Below are positions 24,788 to 34,731 of a DNA stretch of 36,689 nt, in pieces (position 1 is the stretch's first letter; each line of letters opens with the position of its first letter). The position numbers and the translations under genes are program-made. Source of the DNA: Patescibacteria group bacterium (GTDB taxonomy: Bacteria; Patescibacteriota; Patescibacteriia; Patescibacteriales; UBA12465); NCBI GenBank assembly GCA_041649315.1, contig JBAZNJ010000003.1:1-36689 (forward strand). Direction: 5' to 3'. The notes under the pieces are model-generated. The model saw only the letters and a program-made list of their open reading frames with translations, was not told the DNA's origin and ran no database searches.

Positions 24788-26195
24788 ATTTTATATAATT
24801 AAGCGGGTTAACTCTTTGCCCGTTGATAATGATCTCAAAATGGAGATGCGAGCCGGTTGAGCGTCCAGTCGAGCCCATTAAGGCGATTATCTGTCCCTGG
24901 CTCACGCTTTCGCCCTTGCTCACCAATAATTTTGAAGCGTGCCCATAGCGGGTTTTTTGTCCGTTACCATGATTGATTAAAATCGTGTTGCCGTAGCCGC
25001 CGTTCCAGCCGCCTTGGGAAATTTCAATGACTCCATCGGCCGTAGCGTAAAGCGGGGTGCCGACGGCGTTAGCAATATCAAGACCTTGATGACGCCAGGA
25101 GAAATATTGGGAAATGCGATGGCCGTCTGTCGGCCAAAGCCAGGCTCCGGTTGCAGGTTTTGCGGCCGAGGGTTTCGCTAAATTACTAATAACATTCAAA
25201 CCGCTTTTAGCTGTCGTCGTTATTTTTGGCGCTTCTATGATTTTGTTAGCGCCAGGCAAAATAATTTTTTGGCTGATTTTAAGGCCTTCCTCCAAGCGGT
25301 TTGCCTCTAGTATTTTTTCTTCCTCAATTTTATATTTTTTCGCTAAAGAAGCAACTGTATCACCCTTTTTTACGGTATATAATAATCCGCTATAAGGCAA
25401 GATGGTGAGCGTTTTACCCGGTCGGATAAGGGTATAAGCCGAGAGATCATTAGCCCAAAGAATCGTATTGGTCGTAATATTAAAATGTTGGGCGATAGAA
25501 CTGACCGTATCGCCTGGCTGAATCGTATATTCAATTATTTCCGTGCGTGGCGGGGCGAAGCCGCCGCTCTCATTAACGCTGTTGGGCTTAAAGATTAAAT
25601 CTCCTTCATTATTGAAAGCGACAAAATTTTCTAAAGCTTCTTCGCTTACAATTTGTTCAACCGGTTTGTCTAAGATAGCGGAGTCCTCTAAAGACAATTC
25701 ATTTTTCGCGGCCAAACGGTTCAAATCTATAGTTTCTTCAATCAATTCTTCTTCGATTTGCCCGCCAAATTCAGTTTCGACCAGATTGGCCATTACTGTT
25801 TGAGAAATTCCTCGTCCGGCGGCCGCGGCCTGGTTTTTGCCGTTTATATTATTAAAAACCAAAAAAATCGTTAGGACTAAGACGAACAGGTAAACTAAGC
25901 GGTTTCGGGTTAATTCATTTATGGCCTTACCGGCTATTTCACTTTTTTTTAAACGAAAGATATTATAGTAAATTTTTACTAATATTTTAGAAAAAGTTCG
26001 GCCGAAAAGCCAACGAAAAAAACCGGTGGCGAGCCGGATAAAGCCAAAGGATAAGCGCCCGATCAGCCGCAGAAACTTTATTGAAGCCAATCCAAGCTCC
26101 AGGCCGATATTTTTTAGTTGTTTTTTGAAAGATTTCCCGATATGGTTAGCTATAATAGGGCTTCTATCTAATGCCGTTTTTGTCCTATTTCTCAT
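24786..26195 (-). CDS. LysM-domain M23 family metallopeptidase
   Basis: N-terminal TM segments. Two LysM repeats (YTIQPGDTVSSIAQHF and YTVKKGDTVASLAKKY). M23 motifs HQGLDIA and GSTGRSTGSHLHFEI. Confidence 0.9.
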   Translation of the reverse strand: MRNRTKTALDRSPIIANHIGKSFKKQLKNIGLELGLASIKFLRLIGRLSFGFIRLATGFFRWLFGRTFSKILVKIYYNIFRLKKSEIAGKAINELTRNRLVYLFVLVLTIFLVFNNINGKNQAAAAGRGISQTVMANLVETEFGGQIEEELIEETIDLNRLAAKNELSLEDSAILDKPVEQIVSEEALENFVAFNNEGDLIFKPNSVNESGGFAPPRTEIIEYTIQPGDTVSSIAQHFNITTNTILWANDLSAYTLIRPGKTLTILPYSGLLYTVKKGDTVASLAKKYKIEEEKILEANRLEEGLKISQKIILPGANKIIEAPKITTTAKSGLNVISNLAKPSAAKPATGAWLWPTDGHRISQYFSWRHQGLDIANAVGTPLYATADGVIEISQGGWNGGYGNTILINHGNGQKTRYGHASKLLVSKGESVSQGQIIALMGSTGRSTGSHLHFEIIINGQRVNPLNYIK

Positions 26196-26341
26196 ATTTT
26201 GGCAAAAACCAGCCCTTCTATACTATCATTTTTAAACTTTTATCGTCAATTTGTGGCTAAGGGGGCTAGCAGGTGCCAATTTTTTGGATATTTTTTTCTA
26301 AGTTTGGCCTTTTGGGACTAATCAAGTATTTTTGATAATCT

Positions 26342-26376
26342 AAAAATAAAAACAACCCCCTGTTTCCCCTGGGGGC
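26342..26376 (-). terminator. Rho-independent terminator of the receiver/HK operon
   Basis: On the minus strand, CCCCC-AGGGGAAACA-GGGGG followed by TTGTTTTTATTTTT, directly after the HK stop codon. Confidence 0.75.
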
Positions 26377-26379
26377 GCT

Positions 26380-27954
26380 TTAAGCGAGCGGTAAAGTAAA
26401 ATAGAAGTTAGCACCGTGTCCTGGTTCGCTGGTTAGGCCGATTTGGCCGCCGAGAGAATCAATGGTTTGTTTACAGATATAGAGCCCGAGCCCCATGCCG
26501 TCTTGCGAACGGGATAAAGAAGGTTCTAATTGAGAAAATTTTAGAAATAATTTTTTTTGTCGTTCTTTAGAGATGCCCGGCCCGTCATTGATTACTTCGA
26601 CCTTCGCGGTTTTATTGTCCGGTTGGCTTAGAATAACGCGGATGTTTTGTTTTTCCGAACCGTATTTTACCGCGTTATCGACAAAATTATAAATAACTTC
26701 GGAGATTTTTTTCTGGTCGCTTTCGATAACGATATCTTCAGCCGCAATTTCTATCGTGACTCGGGAGGCAGATCTTTTTGCCAAAGCATCTAAAGATGTT
26801 TTCAGCCCCGCGATTGCTTGGCTAAGATTAAATTTTTCCTTAGAGATTTCTACTTTGCCGTGTTCATTTTTTATGGATTTAAGCATTTCTTTAATCAAGC
26901 CGGCAAGTTTAGAGCTTTCTTCATGAATAACCCCGAGATATTTTTCCTGCTCAGGATTCAGATTTTTTGCGGTTTTTATCATCACTTCCGACAAACCCAT
27001 AATAGAAACTAAAGGGGTCTTTAATTCGTGCGTGGCAATATTCATGATTTCATTTTTCATCCTATCTAATTCCTTCAGTTGGCTTATCTCTAATTCGCCG
27101 CTGGCGACTTGTTTTCGCGCTTTGATTAATTTTTCATTGTATTCTTTAAGTTTTTCAATATTGGTTCTTAAAGAAAAAAGCATCGTATTGAAAGAATTGG
27201 CTAAGCTGGAGATTTCATCGTTGCCTTGGAGTAAATCGCCGCGACCCTGGAAGATATGGAGGAGTTTCTGGTCGACCGTGGCGCTAAGGTCGCCGCTTTC
27301 AACTTTTTTTGCCAGGTCGGTTAAGCTTACTAAGGGTTCGATTATTTTTTTAGAAAAACGGAAAGAATAAATTACACAAGTAATTATAACAAGCAGCCAG
27401 AAAGTGCCGCCGATCAAGTTAAGCCAAAGCTGAGTATGGTTTATTTTTTTTTGAAGTTCTTCGACGTATTCTAATTCGTGTAAGATTAGGTTAGTCGCTG
27501 TTTCCTGGGCAAGAATGGCTTGTTTTTGAGCGACGTAAAAATAATCTGCCGCGGCCAGCCCAGGTTCGTCCGCCAGGACGCTTAAACCCTCGTCGCAGTC
27601 GGAAATCAAATCATTTATTATTTTTTTCAGATCAAGATAAGCGATTTGGCTCTTTTCATTAATAATCGTTTGGTTGAGCCGGGAAAAGATCAAAGAAATT
27701 TCTGCTCGAATAGCGCGGTATTCGTTTATTTTTTCTGTTTGTTTAGCATCGGCGGCGCGAGTATCGCAAGCACGAGTTAAATTATCTGTTAGCCCAATTA
27801 GCCTGTACTCGGAAAGCATGTTATTAGAAATATCCTTGTAGCGCTTGATCATGGCGAAATGGGAAATGAAAAAAAAGACGTTAAAAACGAAGAGAATCGT
27901 GATAACTAATAAAAAAGAAGTTATTATTTTTGTTTTCAGGCTTTCCATAATCAA
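26380..27954 (-). CDS. Membrane sensor histidine kinase (two TM, HAMP, HisKA, HATPase_c)
   Basis: TM1 SFLLVITILFVFNVFFFI and TM2 GGTFWLLVIITCVIYSF followed by a HAMP-like segment. H-box IATHELKTPL and G-box GMGLGLYICKQTIDSLGG. Confidence 0.88.
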   Translation of the reverse strand: MIMESLKTKIITSFLLVITILFVFNVFFFISHFAMIKRYKDISNNMLSEYRLIGLTDNLTRACDTRAADAKQTEKINEYRAIRAEISLIFSRLNQTIINEKSQIAYLDLKKIINDLISDCDEGLSVLADEPGLAAADYFYVAQKQAILAQETATNLILHELEYVEELQKKINHTQLWLNLIGGTFWLLVIITCVIYSFRFSKKIIEPLVSLTDLAKKVESGDLSATVDQKLLHIFQGRGDLLQGNDEISSLANSFNTMLFSLRTNIEKLKEYNEKLIKARKQVASGELEISQLKELDRMKNEIMNIATHELKTPLVSIMGLSEVMIKTAKNLNPEQEKYLGVIHEESSKLAGLIKEMLKSIKNEHGKVEISKEKFNLSQAIAGLKTSLDALAKRSASRVTIEIAAEDIVIESDQKKISEVIYNFVDNAVKYGSEKQNIRVILSQPDNKTAKVEVINDGPGISKERQKKLFLKFSQLEPSLSRSQDGMGLGLYICKQTIDSLGGQIGLTSEPGHGANFYFTLPLA

Positions 27955-28028
27955 GATTGCCCGTGATAGGACTATCGTTAGATATTCAAGAGAACATTTA
28001 ACGTTAGCCCCTTATATGTTTAAAGATT

Positions 28029-28418
28029 TTAAGATCGTGCCGCTGCTTTTTGGATTTCTGCCATCAAACTGTCGAGTTCAAAAGGTTTTTCTAATATTCC
28101 TTTAACGACGCCGGTAGCGTTGAATTGTTCTAACATTTCCCGCAATTCTTTAGAGGCAATCGGCAGGGCGGAAACGAGCAGGACTGGGATGCCCTTTAAT
28201 TTTTCGTCCTGGCTCATGGCTTTACAGACATCAAGCCCGCTGACGACCGGCATCATAATATCCAGGATAATCAAGTCGTAGCCGGAATCAGCAGCCATTT
28301 TTTCCAAACCCTCTTTTCCGCCGTAAGCGACTTCAATTTCCGCCGGCTCGCGGCTGGAAATCAAGGCCTGGAGAGTGGTGACGGTGTTGGTGTCATTGTC
28401 AATGATTAAGATTTTCAT
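28029..28418 (-). CDS. Stand-alone response-regulator receiver protein (CheY-like)
   Basis: MKILIIDND...DLIILDIMMP...LLVSAL are receiver signatures. At 129 aa there is no output domain. Confidence 0.88.
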   Translation of the reverse strand: MKILIIDNDTNTVTTLQALISSREPAEIEVAYGGKEGLEKMAADSGYDLIILDIMMPVVSGLDVCKAMSQDEKLKGIPVLLVSALPIASKELREMLEQFNATGVVKGILEKPFELDSLMAEIQKAAARS

Positions 28419-28487
28419 ATTTTTGTTGTTAATCGCGAGATTATATTTTCAGCTCTGGCGATTAAGATAAATTATTTAAAAGATAAA

Positions 28488-29417
28488 TTAATTTCCGGGC
28501 ACGATAACTTCAAAGGGCTTGTCCCGTCCATAAGCTTTATACCCGTAATCTAAGCAGTAATTGGCGATATGTTTTTTAAAATAGGCCGGGCGGTCCGCTT
28601 GGATCAAACCAATCAGATAATAGGAAAGGCACATTAACAGGCCGGCGCCGGCATGGCCGGGCAGCTTGATTTCCCAGCGGCTTTTCGGATTGCCAAAATA
28701 TTCATTTTTTTCAAAACTGATGATTAGCTCCTTTGGATCACGGATAACGAATTTAGCGTGGCGCGCTTCACTATAAGAAAAAGCGCGGATTGATACTTTT
28801 GGACCGAAAAGCTCGTCCTGTTTAGTCCGGATCATCAGACTGAGCGCAGCGTGTTCATCAGGGATAATAAAGGCGTAGCTATGATAATTTTGGAAATTTT
28901 TTGGCAAAGCAGCGCTTAATCGGACTAAGAATTTTTTAATTAAAGATGGATTTTCTCCAAAAACGCTTAAAATCATTCCGAGGTAAGTTGAGACATTATA
29001 AGTATATGGTTCGGGTAATTTATGGAAAACAAAAACTTCGTCGGCGATTTTTGCCGCCGTTGATTGCGGGGAGCAGGTAAATAGGACTGTCTTTAATCCA
29101 TATTTTTTCGCAAGTTTCAATTCCCAGACCGAATCCTTTTCGCCGGAAGCGGAAATAACAATTATCTCGCTGGCCATCTTCTTTTCCATGATTAGTGGAA
29201 CTTCGTTTCGGATTATTTTTTTCAAATTACTTTCATTAGCGAAAAAAGCGGCCTGATTGGCGAAGATAAGCTTGGCGGTGTTGTAACTATTAACACTGCC
29301 GATAACCAGGGGAAATTTAAAGCGGCTCAAATTTAAAGGTTCCGGCGGGTTAGCCGTAAAGAAATCTAAAGCCTTAAGAACGGTTTTATCTAAACAATCA
29401 AGTTTTAAATCAGGCAT
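28488..29417 (-). CDS. SIS-domain-like protein (sugar-phosphate binding/isomerase fold)
   Basis: IIVISASGEKDSVWELKLAKKYGLKTVLFTCSPQSTAAKIADEV resembles the SIS nucleotide/sugar-phosphate binding segment. The rest is unassigned. Confidence 0.45.
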   Translation of the reverse strand: MPDLKLDCLDKTVLKALDFFTANPPEPLNLSRFKFPLVIGSVNSYNTAKLIFANQAAFFANESNLKKIIRNEVPLIMEKKMASEIIVISASGEKDSVWELKLAKKYGLKTVLFTCSPQSTAAKIADEVFVFHKLPEPYTYNVSTYLGMILSVFGENPSLIKKFLVRLSAALPKNFQNYHSYAFIIPDEHAALSLMIRTKQDELFGPKVSIRAFSYSEARHAKFVIRDPKELIISFEKNEYFGNPKSRWEIKLPGHAGAGLLMCLSYYLIGLIQADRPAYFKKHIANYCLDYGYKAYGRDKPFEVIVPGN

Positions 29418-29621
29418 AAAAATTAAACATTTTCTCTTATTTTACCGATGTTTTTATTATAACTGATATTGATTTTTATTTCAATTTGCGTTATCATCAA
29501 AGAGAGGCAAAAAAGACGGCCATAGCGGAAAAATACGGCCGTTATATTAAATTTATTAAGGGGTTACCGCTGAATATAACTTTTTTCAAAGGCATCCAGC
29601 GATAGTTTTGTTAGTTTTTTT

Positions 29622-30341
29622 ATGTCTGGACACTCTAAATGGGCGACTACTCATCGTCAAAAAGAATTAGCCGATGCTAAGCGTGGCGCGGTTTTTACTA
29701 AACTAGCGAATTTAATAACGATTGCGGCAAAAAAAGGCGGTGATCCGAACGCTAATCCGGCTTTGCGATCGGCGGTTGATCGCGCTCGCGCATCCAGTAT
29801 GCCGAAAGACAATATTGAGCGGGCGATAAAGAAGGGGACCGGAGAACTGGCCGGCGATCAAGTTGAGGAATTATATTATGAAGGGATAATCCCGCCCGGT
29901 ATTCAGGTTATGGTAAAGTGCTTGACCGATAATAAGAATCGCAGCGGCTCTACGGTCCGCCATTCTTTTACTAAAAATGGCGGCGCTTTTTCTTCGGTGG
30001 CCTGGAATTTTTCCCAGCTTGGAGTTATACGTATTCCGGCTGAGACAATTAAAGAGAAAAAGATGAATAATGAAGAGTTGGAGCTGGCCTTAATTGATGA
30101 AGGCATTATTGATTTTCAAAAAGCCAGTGAAGGGATTACGGTCTATACTGAAATTCAGGATTTTCAGAAGATCCGTGATTGGTTGGAGAGCCGAGGATTA
30201 ACGCCGGAGTCGGCGGAGATAGAATATGTCGCCAAAGAGAAGATGGTTTTACCGGCGGCCGAGCAGGAAAAGATCGATAAGTTTTTTGAAGAATTAGAAG
30301 ATAATGAAGATGTGAGTGATTATTATACTAATTTAGAATAA
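29622..30341 (+). CDS. yebC: YebC/PmpR family DNA-binding transcriptional regulator
   Basis: MSGHSKWATTHRQKELADAKRG...FTKL is the family-defining N-terminus. Length of 239 aa is typical. Confidence 0.93.
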   Translation: MSGHSKWATTHRQKELADAKRGAVFTKLANLITIAAKKGGDPNANPALRSAVDRARASSMPKDNIERAIKKGTGELAGDQVEELYYEGIIPPGIQVMVKCLTDNKNRSGSTVRHSFTKNGGAFSSVAWNFSQLGVIRIPAETIKEKKMNNEELELALIDEGIIDFQKASEGITVYTEIQDFQKIRDWLESRGLTPESAEIEYVAKEKMVLPAAEQEKIDKFFEELEDNEDVSDYYTNLE

Positions 30342-30376
30342 GAGTTTTAGCCAAATCGGGATTTAATATTTAAAAT

Positions 30377-30865
30377 ATGGCGAAAATAATTTTAGGAATC
30401 GATCCGGGAATCGCCGATACTGGCTATGGAGTGGTTAAAGAGGATAAAGGGCGCTTGACCTGTTTGGCTTATGGTTCGATTAAGACTGCATCCGGGCGGG
30501 AATTGCCTGATCGTCTGGAAGAATTGCAGGATAGTTTAGAAAAAATAATCAAGAAATATCGACCGGATTCGGCGGCGATTGAACAGTTATTTTTTAATAA
30601 GAACGTCCGGACTGCTTTGATTGTCGGCCAGGCGCGCGGCGTGGCCCTCTTAACTTTAAGCCGGCATGATTTGCCGATTCTTGATTTAACGCCGGCACAG
30701 GTTAAACTGGCGGTATCCGCTTACGGCCGCGCTTCAAAAACTCAGGTACAAAAAATGGTAAAATTAATCCTTAATCTAAAAGAATTGCCGCGTCCGGATG
30801 ACGCCGCCGACGCTTTAGCCGTCGCGATCGGCGCTTTAAATTCCCGTTTATGTCTAAATCGCTAA
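30377..30865 (+). CDS. ruvC: Crossover junction endodeoxyribonuclease RuvC
   Basis: ILGIDPGIADTGYGVV, AIEQLFF and DAADALAVAI carry the catalytic acidic residues in canonical context. Confidence 0.93.
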   Translation: MAKIILGIDPGIADTGYGVVKEDKGRLTCLAYGSIKTASGRELPDRLEELQDSLEKIIKKYRPDSAAIEQLFFNKNVRTALIVGQARGVALLTLSRHDLPILDLTPAQVKLAVSAYGRASKTQVQKMVKLILNLKELPRPDDAADALAVAIGALNSRLCLNR

Positions 30866-32361
30866 AAATCGTCCATATCGCTTCGGAAGTCGCGCCTTTT
30901 TCTAAAACCGGCGGGTTAGGAGATGTTACCCGAAGCTTACCTAAGGCCTTAAAACGTTTAGGCCATAAGGTGGCGGTTATCACTCCGCTTTATGGAAAAT
31001 TAATGGAGCCAAAAAAGTTAAAACTTGAATTAGTTTTTTCCGATGTTAATGTATGGCTTAATAGCGAAGAAAATATCAAGGTTAATTATTGGCGCGGATA
31101 TTTGATTGAAGGTTTGCCGGTTTATTTCATCGAATGTAAAAAATTTTTTTCCAAGCATAACAGGATCTATGGTTCGTCTCGCGAGAATGCGAGGTTTTTA
31201 GTATTCAATGTGGCGGCGCTTAAGCTCCTATCCCTTTTAAAGATGAAAGCGGATATTGTCCATTGCCATGATTGGCAGTCCGGCTTAGTGCCTTATTATT
31301 TAAAAACTGATTTCCGCTATTCTAAAACCTTGCACGGAGCAAAATCGGTTTTTACGATTCATAATCTTATTTTCCAGCTTGGCCATAATTGGTGGGAGAT
31401 TGAAGCCGCTGATAAAGATTATGGTCGGAGCCGTTTGCCGCATTTAAGCGATCCGAAGATCGAGACGATTAATTTCGCCAAGCGGGCGATTTTATCGGCG
31501 GATATCGTTAATACGGTGAGCGAAAAATATCGGGAAGAAATAATGACCAAAAAATTCGGCCAGGATCTTCATCGGATCTTGAAAAATCGTGCTGATCGCT
31601 TGTTCGGAATTATAAACGGGATTGATTATAATGTTTATAATCCGGAAAAGGATCAATCCCTGAAAGAACGCTATTCGGCCGCCTCTCCCGGCGCCAAAGC
31701 CGTTAATAAGGCCTGGTTGCAGAAGAAATTCGGTTTGCCGCTCAAGAAGGAAACGCCAATTTTATGTACGACTTCGCGCGTGACTTTTCAAAAGGGCTTT
31801 GAGTCGATTATTAGTATCCTCCCGCGCTTGGTCCAGCTTAATATCCAATTTATAATTATCGGTTCCGGCGACAAGAAATATCTTAAAGAACTGGAAAAAA
31901 TCGCTAAAAAATATCCGGAAAAAGTTGTGGTTATCCCCTCGCATGAAGCTAACCAAAAATATGAAACTAATGTTTACGCCGGTGCGGATTTTTTTCTTCT
32001 CCCTTCGAATCATGAGCCCTGCGGCATAAATCAATTAATCGCCATGCGCTACGGCTGTGTGCCGATCGTTCGGGAAATCGGCGGCCTCTATGATACGGTT
32101 GAAAATTTTAATCCGACGACGAAGCGCGGCACTGGCTTTACTTTTAAGTCGCCGGATGAAAATATTTTTTACGCCGCGATTATCCGCGCCCTGGAGAATT
32201 ATAAGCATAAGGCGGCCTGGCAGTATCTAGTCAAAAAAGTAATGAGCCGTTCCAATAGTTGGGAGATTCCGGCCAAGAAATATGTAGAGTTGTATAAGAA
32301 GGCGATGAAGGAAAATAAGGGTAATGCCGCGAGAAACAAAAAACAAAAAAACGGGAAATAA
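30850..32361 (+). CDS. glgA: Glycogen/starch synthase (GT5)
   Basis: IVHIASEVAPFSKTGGLGDV N-terminal signature, plus PSNHEPCGINQLIAMRYG. Overlaps the ruvC 3' end by 16 nt. Confidence 0.92.
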   Translation: MSKSLKIVHIASEVAPFSKTGGLGDVTRSLPKALKRLGHKVAVITPLYGKLMEPKKLKLELVFSDVNVWLNSEENIKVNYWRGYLIEGLPVYFIECKKFFSKHNRIYGSSRENARFLVFNVAALKLLSLLKMKADIVHCHDWQSGLVPYYLKTDFRYSKTLHGAKSVFTIHNLIFQLGHNWWEIEAADKDYGRSRLPHLSDPKIETINFAKRAILSADIVNTVSEKYREEIMTKKFGQDLHRILKNRADRLFGIINGIDYNVYNPEKDQSLKERYSAASPGAKAVNKAWLQKKFGLPLKKETPILCTTSRVTFQKGFESIISILPRLVQLNIQFIIIGSGDKKYLKELEKIAKKYPEKVVVIPSHEANQKYETNVYAGADFFLLPSNHEPCGINQLIAMRYGCVPIVREIGGLYDTVENFNPTTKRGTGFTFKSPDENIFYAAIIRALENYKHKAAWQYLVKKVMSRSNSWEIPAKKYVELYKKAMKENKGNAARNKKQKNGK

Positions 32362-32420
32362 AGGGATTGTTTCCGAATGTTCTTTCGGATATTCGGTGCT
32401 GGTCCTATAAATTTTTTATT

Positions 32421-33653
32421 ATGCTTTGGCTTAATTTTTTACATTTTTACCAGCCGGCGAATGCCGACTTTTTCCATATCCGCCAGGCTTTAGATAAAAG
32501 TTATTGGCGCTTGATTCGATTATTGGAAGAGCATCCGGATTTGCGTTTTACGATTAATATCAGCGGCTGTCTTTTAGAGCGCTTGCTTGGAGAAAAAGAA
32601 ACGGCTTTTATCGACCGCTTGCAATTTTTAGTTAAGAAGGGGCGGGTAGAGCTCACCGGTTCAGCCGCTTATCATGGATTTTTACCGCTTTTACCGGAGG
32701 CGGAAGTTATTAGGCAGATCAAAACTAATGAAAAAATATTAAAGAAGTGTTTTGGGAAGGATTTTAAACCGCGCGGATTCTTCTTACCGGAAATGGCTTA
32801 TAGTCCGGCGCTCAGCGTTTTGATTAAGCGCGCCGGTTATTCCTGGATTATTTTAGATGAGTTCGCTTATCGCGCTTCAACTCGTCGGGAGCCGGATCCG
32901 CGGCAACTTTATATTGACGCGGCCAGCGGCTTAAAAGTAGTTTTTCGCCAACGTGATTTTTCTAACGCTTATCCGCCGGATAAGATTGGCTCGATTTTTA
33001 AGAATATTGAGAAAGCCACCAAGAAAAAAAACGGCCAAGGCAAGGAGAATAATCAAAATAATAAAGAAAAAGTTTTTATTACCGCGACCGATGCCGAACT
33101 TTATGGTCTGCGGCATGAGGACCATACGGCCGAAATGGAAAAAATCGCTAAGATTAAGGAGCTTAAGACAATGACTTTGTCTAAATTTATTGGTTCCTTG
33201 CCGAAGCCAGGCGCGGAAAAAATAAATTTAAAGCCGTCAACCTGGGAATCAAGCTTAAAAGAAATCAAGCGCGAGCGTCCTTATCTTCTTTGGCAAGATA
33301 AAAATAATAAAATCCAGGTTAATCTTTGGAAATTAGCTTATTTAGCTTTAGCAGCCGGAGAAAAATTTAAAGGTGACCAGAATTTTTATTGGTATCGCTG
33401 GCATTTAGTCCGCGGTTTGGCTAGCTGTGTATTTTGGTGGGCGAGTGCTCATGATTTTTCCCGTTCTTACGGCCCTTATGCCTGGAGCCCGGATCAAATC
33501 GAGAGCGGCTTAGAGGATCTAGTGCGCTCAGTCCGGTCATTCGCTGACCCAAAGAGCAAAAAAATAAAATTGGAAGCAGAAGCTTATTATTTGAAAATTA
33601 AAAAATTAATTTGGGAAGAGCATTGGCGCAAGCATTGGCGCAGAATCGTATGA
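32421..33653 (+). CDS. Glycoside hydrolase family 57 protein
   Basis: GH57 conserved regions HFYQP, GRVELTGSAAYHGFLPLL, GFFLPEMAYSP and ATDAELYGLRHE. ATG at 32421 is preferred over the TTG at 32367. Confidence 0.8.
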   Translation: MLWLNFLHFYQPANADFFHIRQALDKSYWRLIRLLEEHPDLRFTINISGCLLERLLGEKETAFIDRLQFLVKKGRVELTGSAAYHGFLPLLPEAEVIRQIKTNEKILKKCFGKDFKPRGFFLPEMAYSPALSVLIKRAGYSWIILDEFAYRASTRREPDPRQLYIDAASGLKVVFRQRDFSNAYPPDKIGSIFKNIEKATKKKNGQGKENNQNNKEKVFITATDAELYGLRHEDHTAEMEKIAKIKELKTMTLSKFIGSLPKPGAEKINLKPSTWESSLKEIKRERPYLLWQDKNNKIQVNLWKLAYLALAAGEKFKGDQNFYWYRWHLVRGLASCVFWWASAHDFSRSYGPYAWSPDQIESGLEDLVRSVRSFADPKSKKIKLEAEAYYLKIKKLIWEEHWRKHWRRIV

Positions 33654-34672
33654 ACAAAATAAAATCTTTATTCGACGAGGTCTTCGTGCGTGATTTTTTT
33701 CGGAAAGAATTGCTTAAATTTTATCCAGGTTTCATTGATATCGGACAAATTAAGATTACTCCTTATAAAAATATGGTTTGGGAAACGACTTATCATGTCG
33801 TTCTTAGCTTTAAAGTCCGATTATTAGGCGCTGGCGGGGAAGAAAAGGCCGTATCAATTGTCTGTTCGGCCCATAGCAGCGAAGAAAGAAAAAATGTTTA
33901 TGACGGGCTTAGTTATCTTTGGGGAAAGGATTTTCCGGATGGCGAGTTTGATTTGCCGAAACCCTTGTTTTATTCTGAATATTTTCGGGGGATTTTTTAT
34001 CAGGCGATTGAAGGAGAAAATCTTTTATATTATATTAAGGAGCGCGATTGGGGTACGGTCGGGAAAATGATTAAATCCTCCGGCTCTTTGTTTGCCCGCC
34101 TTCATTCTCTGCCGGCTGAAGCAGAAACAAATTTCAATCCCTACAATGCTCGGATCCCGACCGTGATTCCGGGGATAGAATTGATTTTTAAAGAAATGGG
34201 CCAGCGTTATGATAATAAGTATAATGAAGCGTTGATAAAGATTTATGATTGTTTGATTACGGCAGAAGATAAGTTTTTTTCTTCCGGTCAGCCGTTAACT
34301 TTTATCCATGGCGACGCCCATGCCGAGAATATTATCAAAACCGGCGCGGACCGAATCGGGCTGATTGATTTTACCGATCTTTGCTTAGCGGATTTTGCCC
34401 GTGATCTAGGGACTTTTTTACAACAGGTGGAATATAAAATCGTTTTAAAGACCGGACGGAAGCGTTTAGCGCGCCGGATGAAGCGAATTTTTCTGCAAAG
34501 CTATCTGAAGGCATCCGGCCGGCAGATGACTAAAGATTTGCGAGCGCGGATTAATTTGTATTATAATTGGACGGCCGTCCGGACCGCAACTTTTTATTTT
34601 TTAAAGTTCGGGCATGATGAAGTTTTAGCTAAGGAATTATTAGAAGAAGTTAAGAAAAATTTAAAAATTTAA
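33650..34672 (+). CDS. APH/choline-kinase-fold phosphotransferase (maltokinase-like candidate)
   Basis: Catalytic loop FIHGDAHAENII and metal-binding LIDFTDL. ATGA start/stop overlap with the GH57 gene, and ATG at 33650 is preferred. Confidence 0.75.
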   Translation: MNKIKSLFDEVFVRDFFRKELLKFYPGFIDIGQIKITPYKNMVWETTYHVVLSFKVRLLGAGGEEKAVSIVCSAHSSEERKNVYDGLSYLWGKDFPDGEFDLPKPLFYSEYFRGIFYQAIEGENLLYYIKERDWGTVGKMIKSSGSLFARLHSLPAEAETNFNPYNARIPTVIPGIELIFKEMGQRYDNKYNEALIKIYDCLITAEDKFFSSGQPLTFIHGDAHAENIIKTGADRIGLIDFTDLCLADFARDLGTFLQQVEYKIVLKTGRKRLARRMKRIFLQSYLKASGRQMTKDLRARINLYYNWTAVRTATFYFLKFGHDEVLAKELLEEVKKNLKI

Positions 34673-34731
34673 TTAAATGGTTTTTAGTAGTTTAAGGCGA
34701 ATAAAAATTTAATATGATATAATGTTTATAT

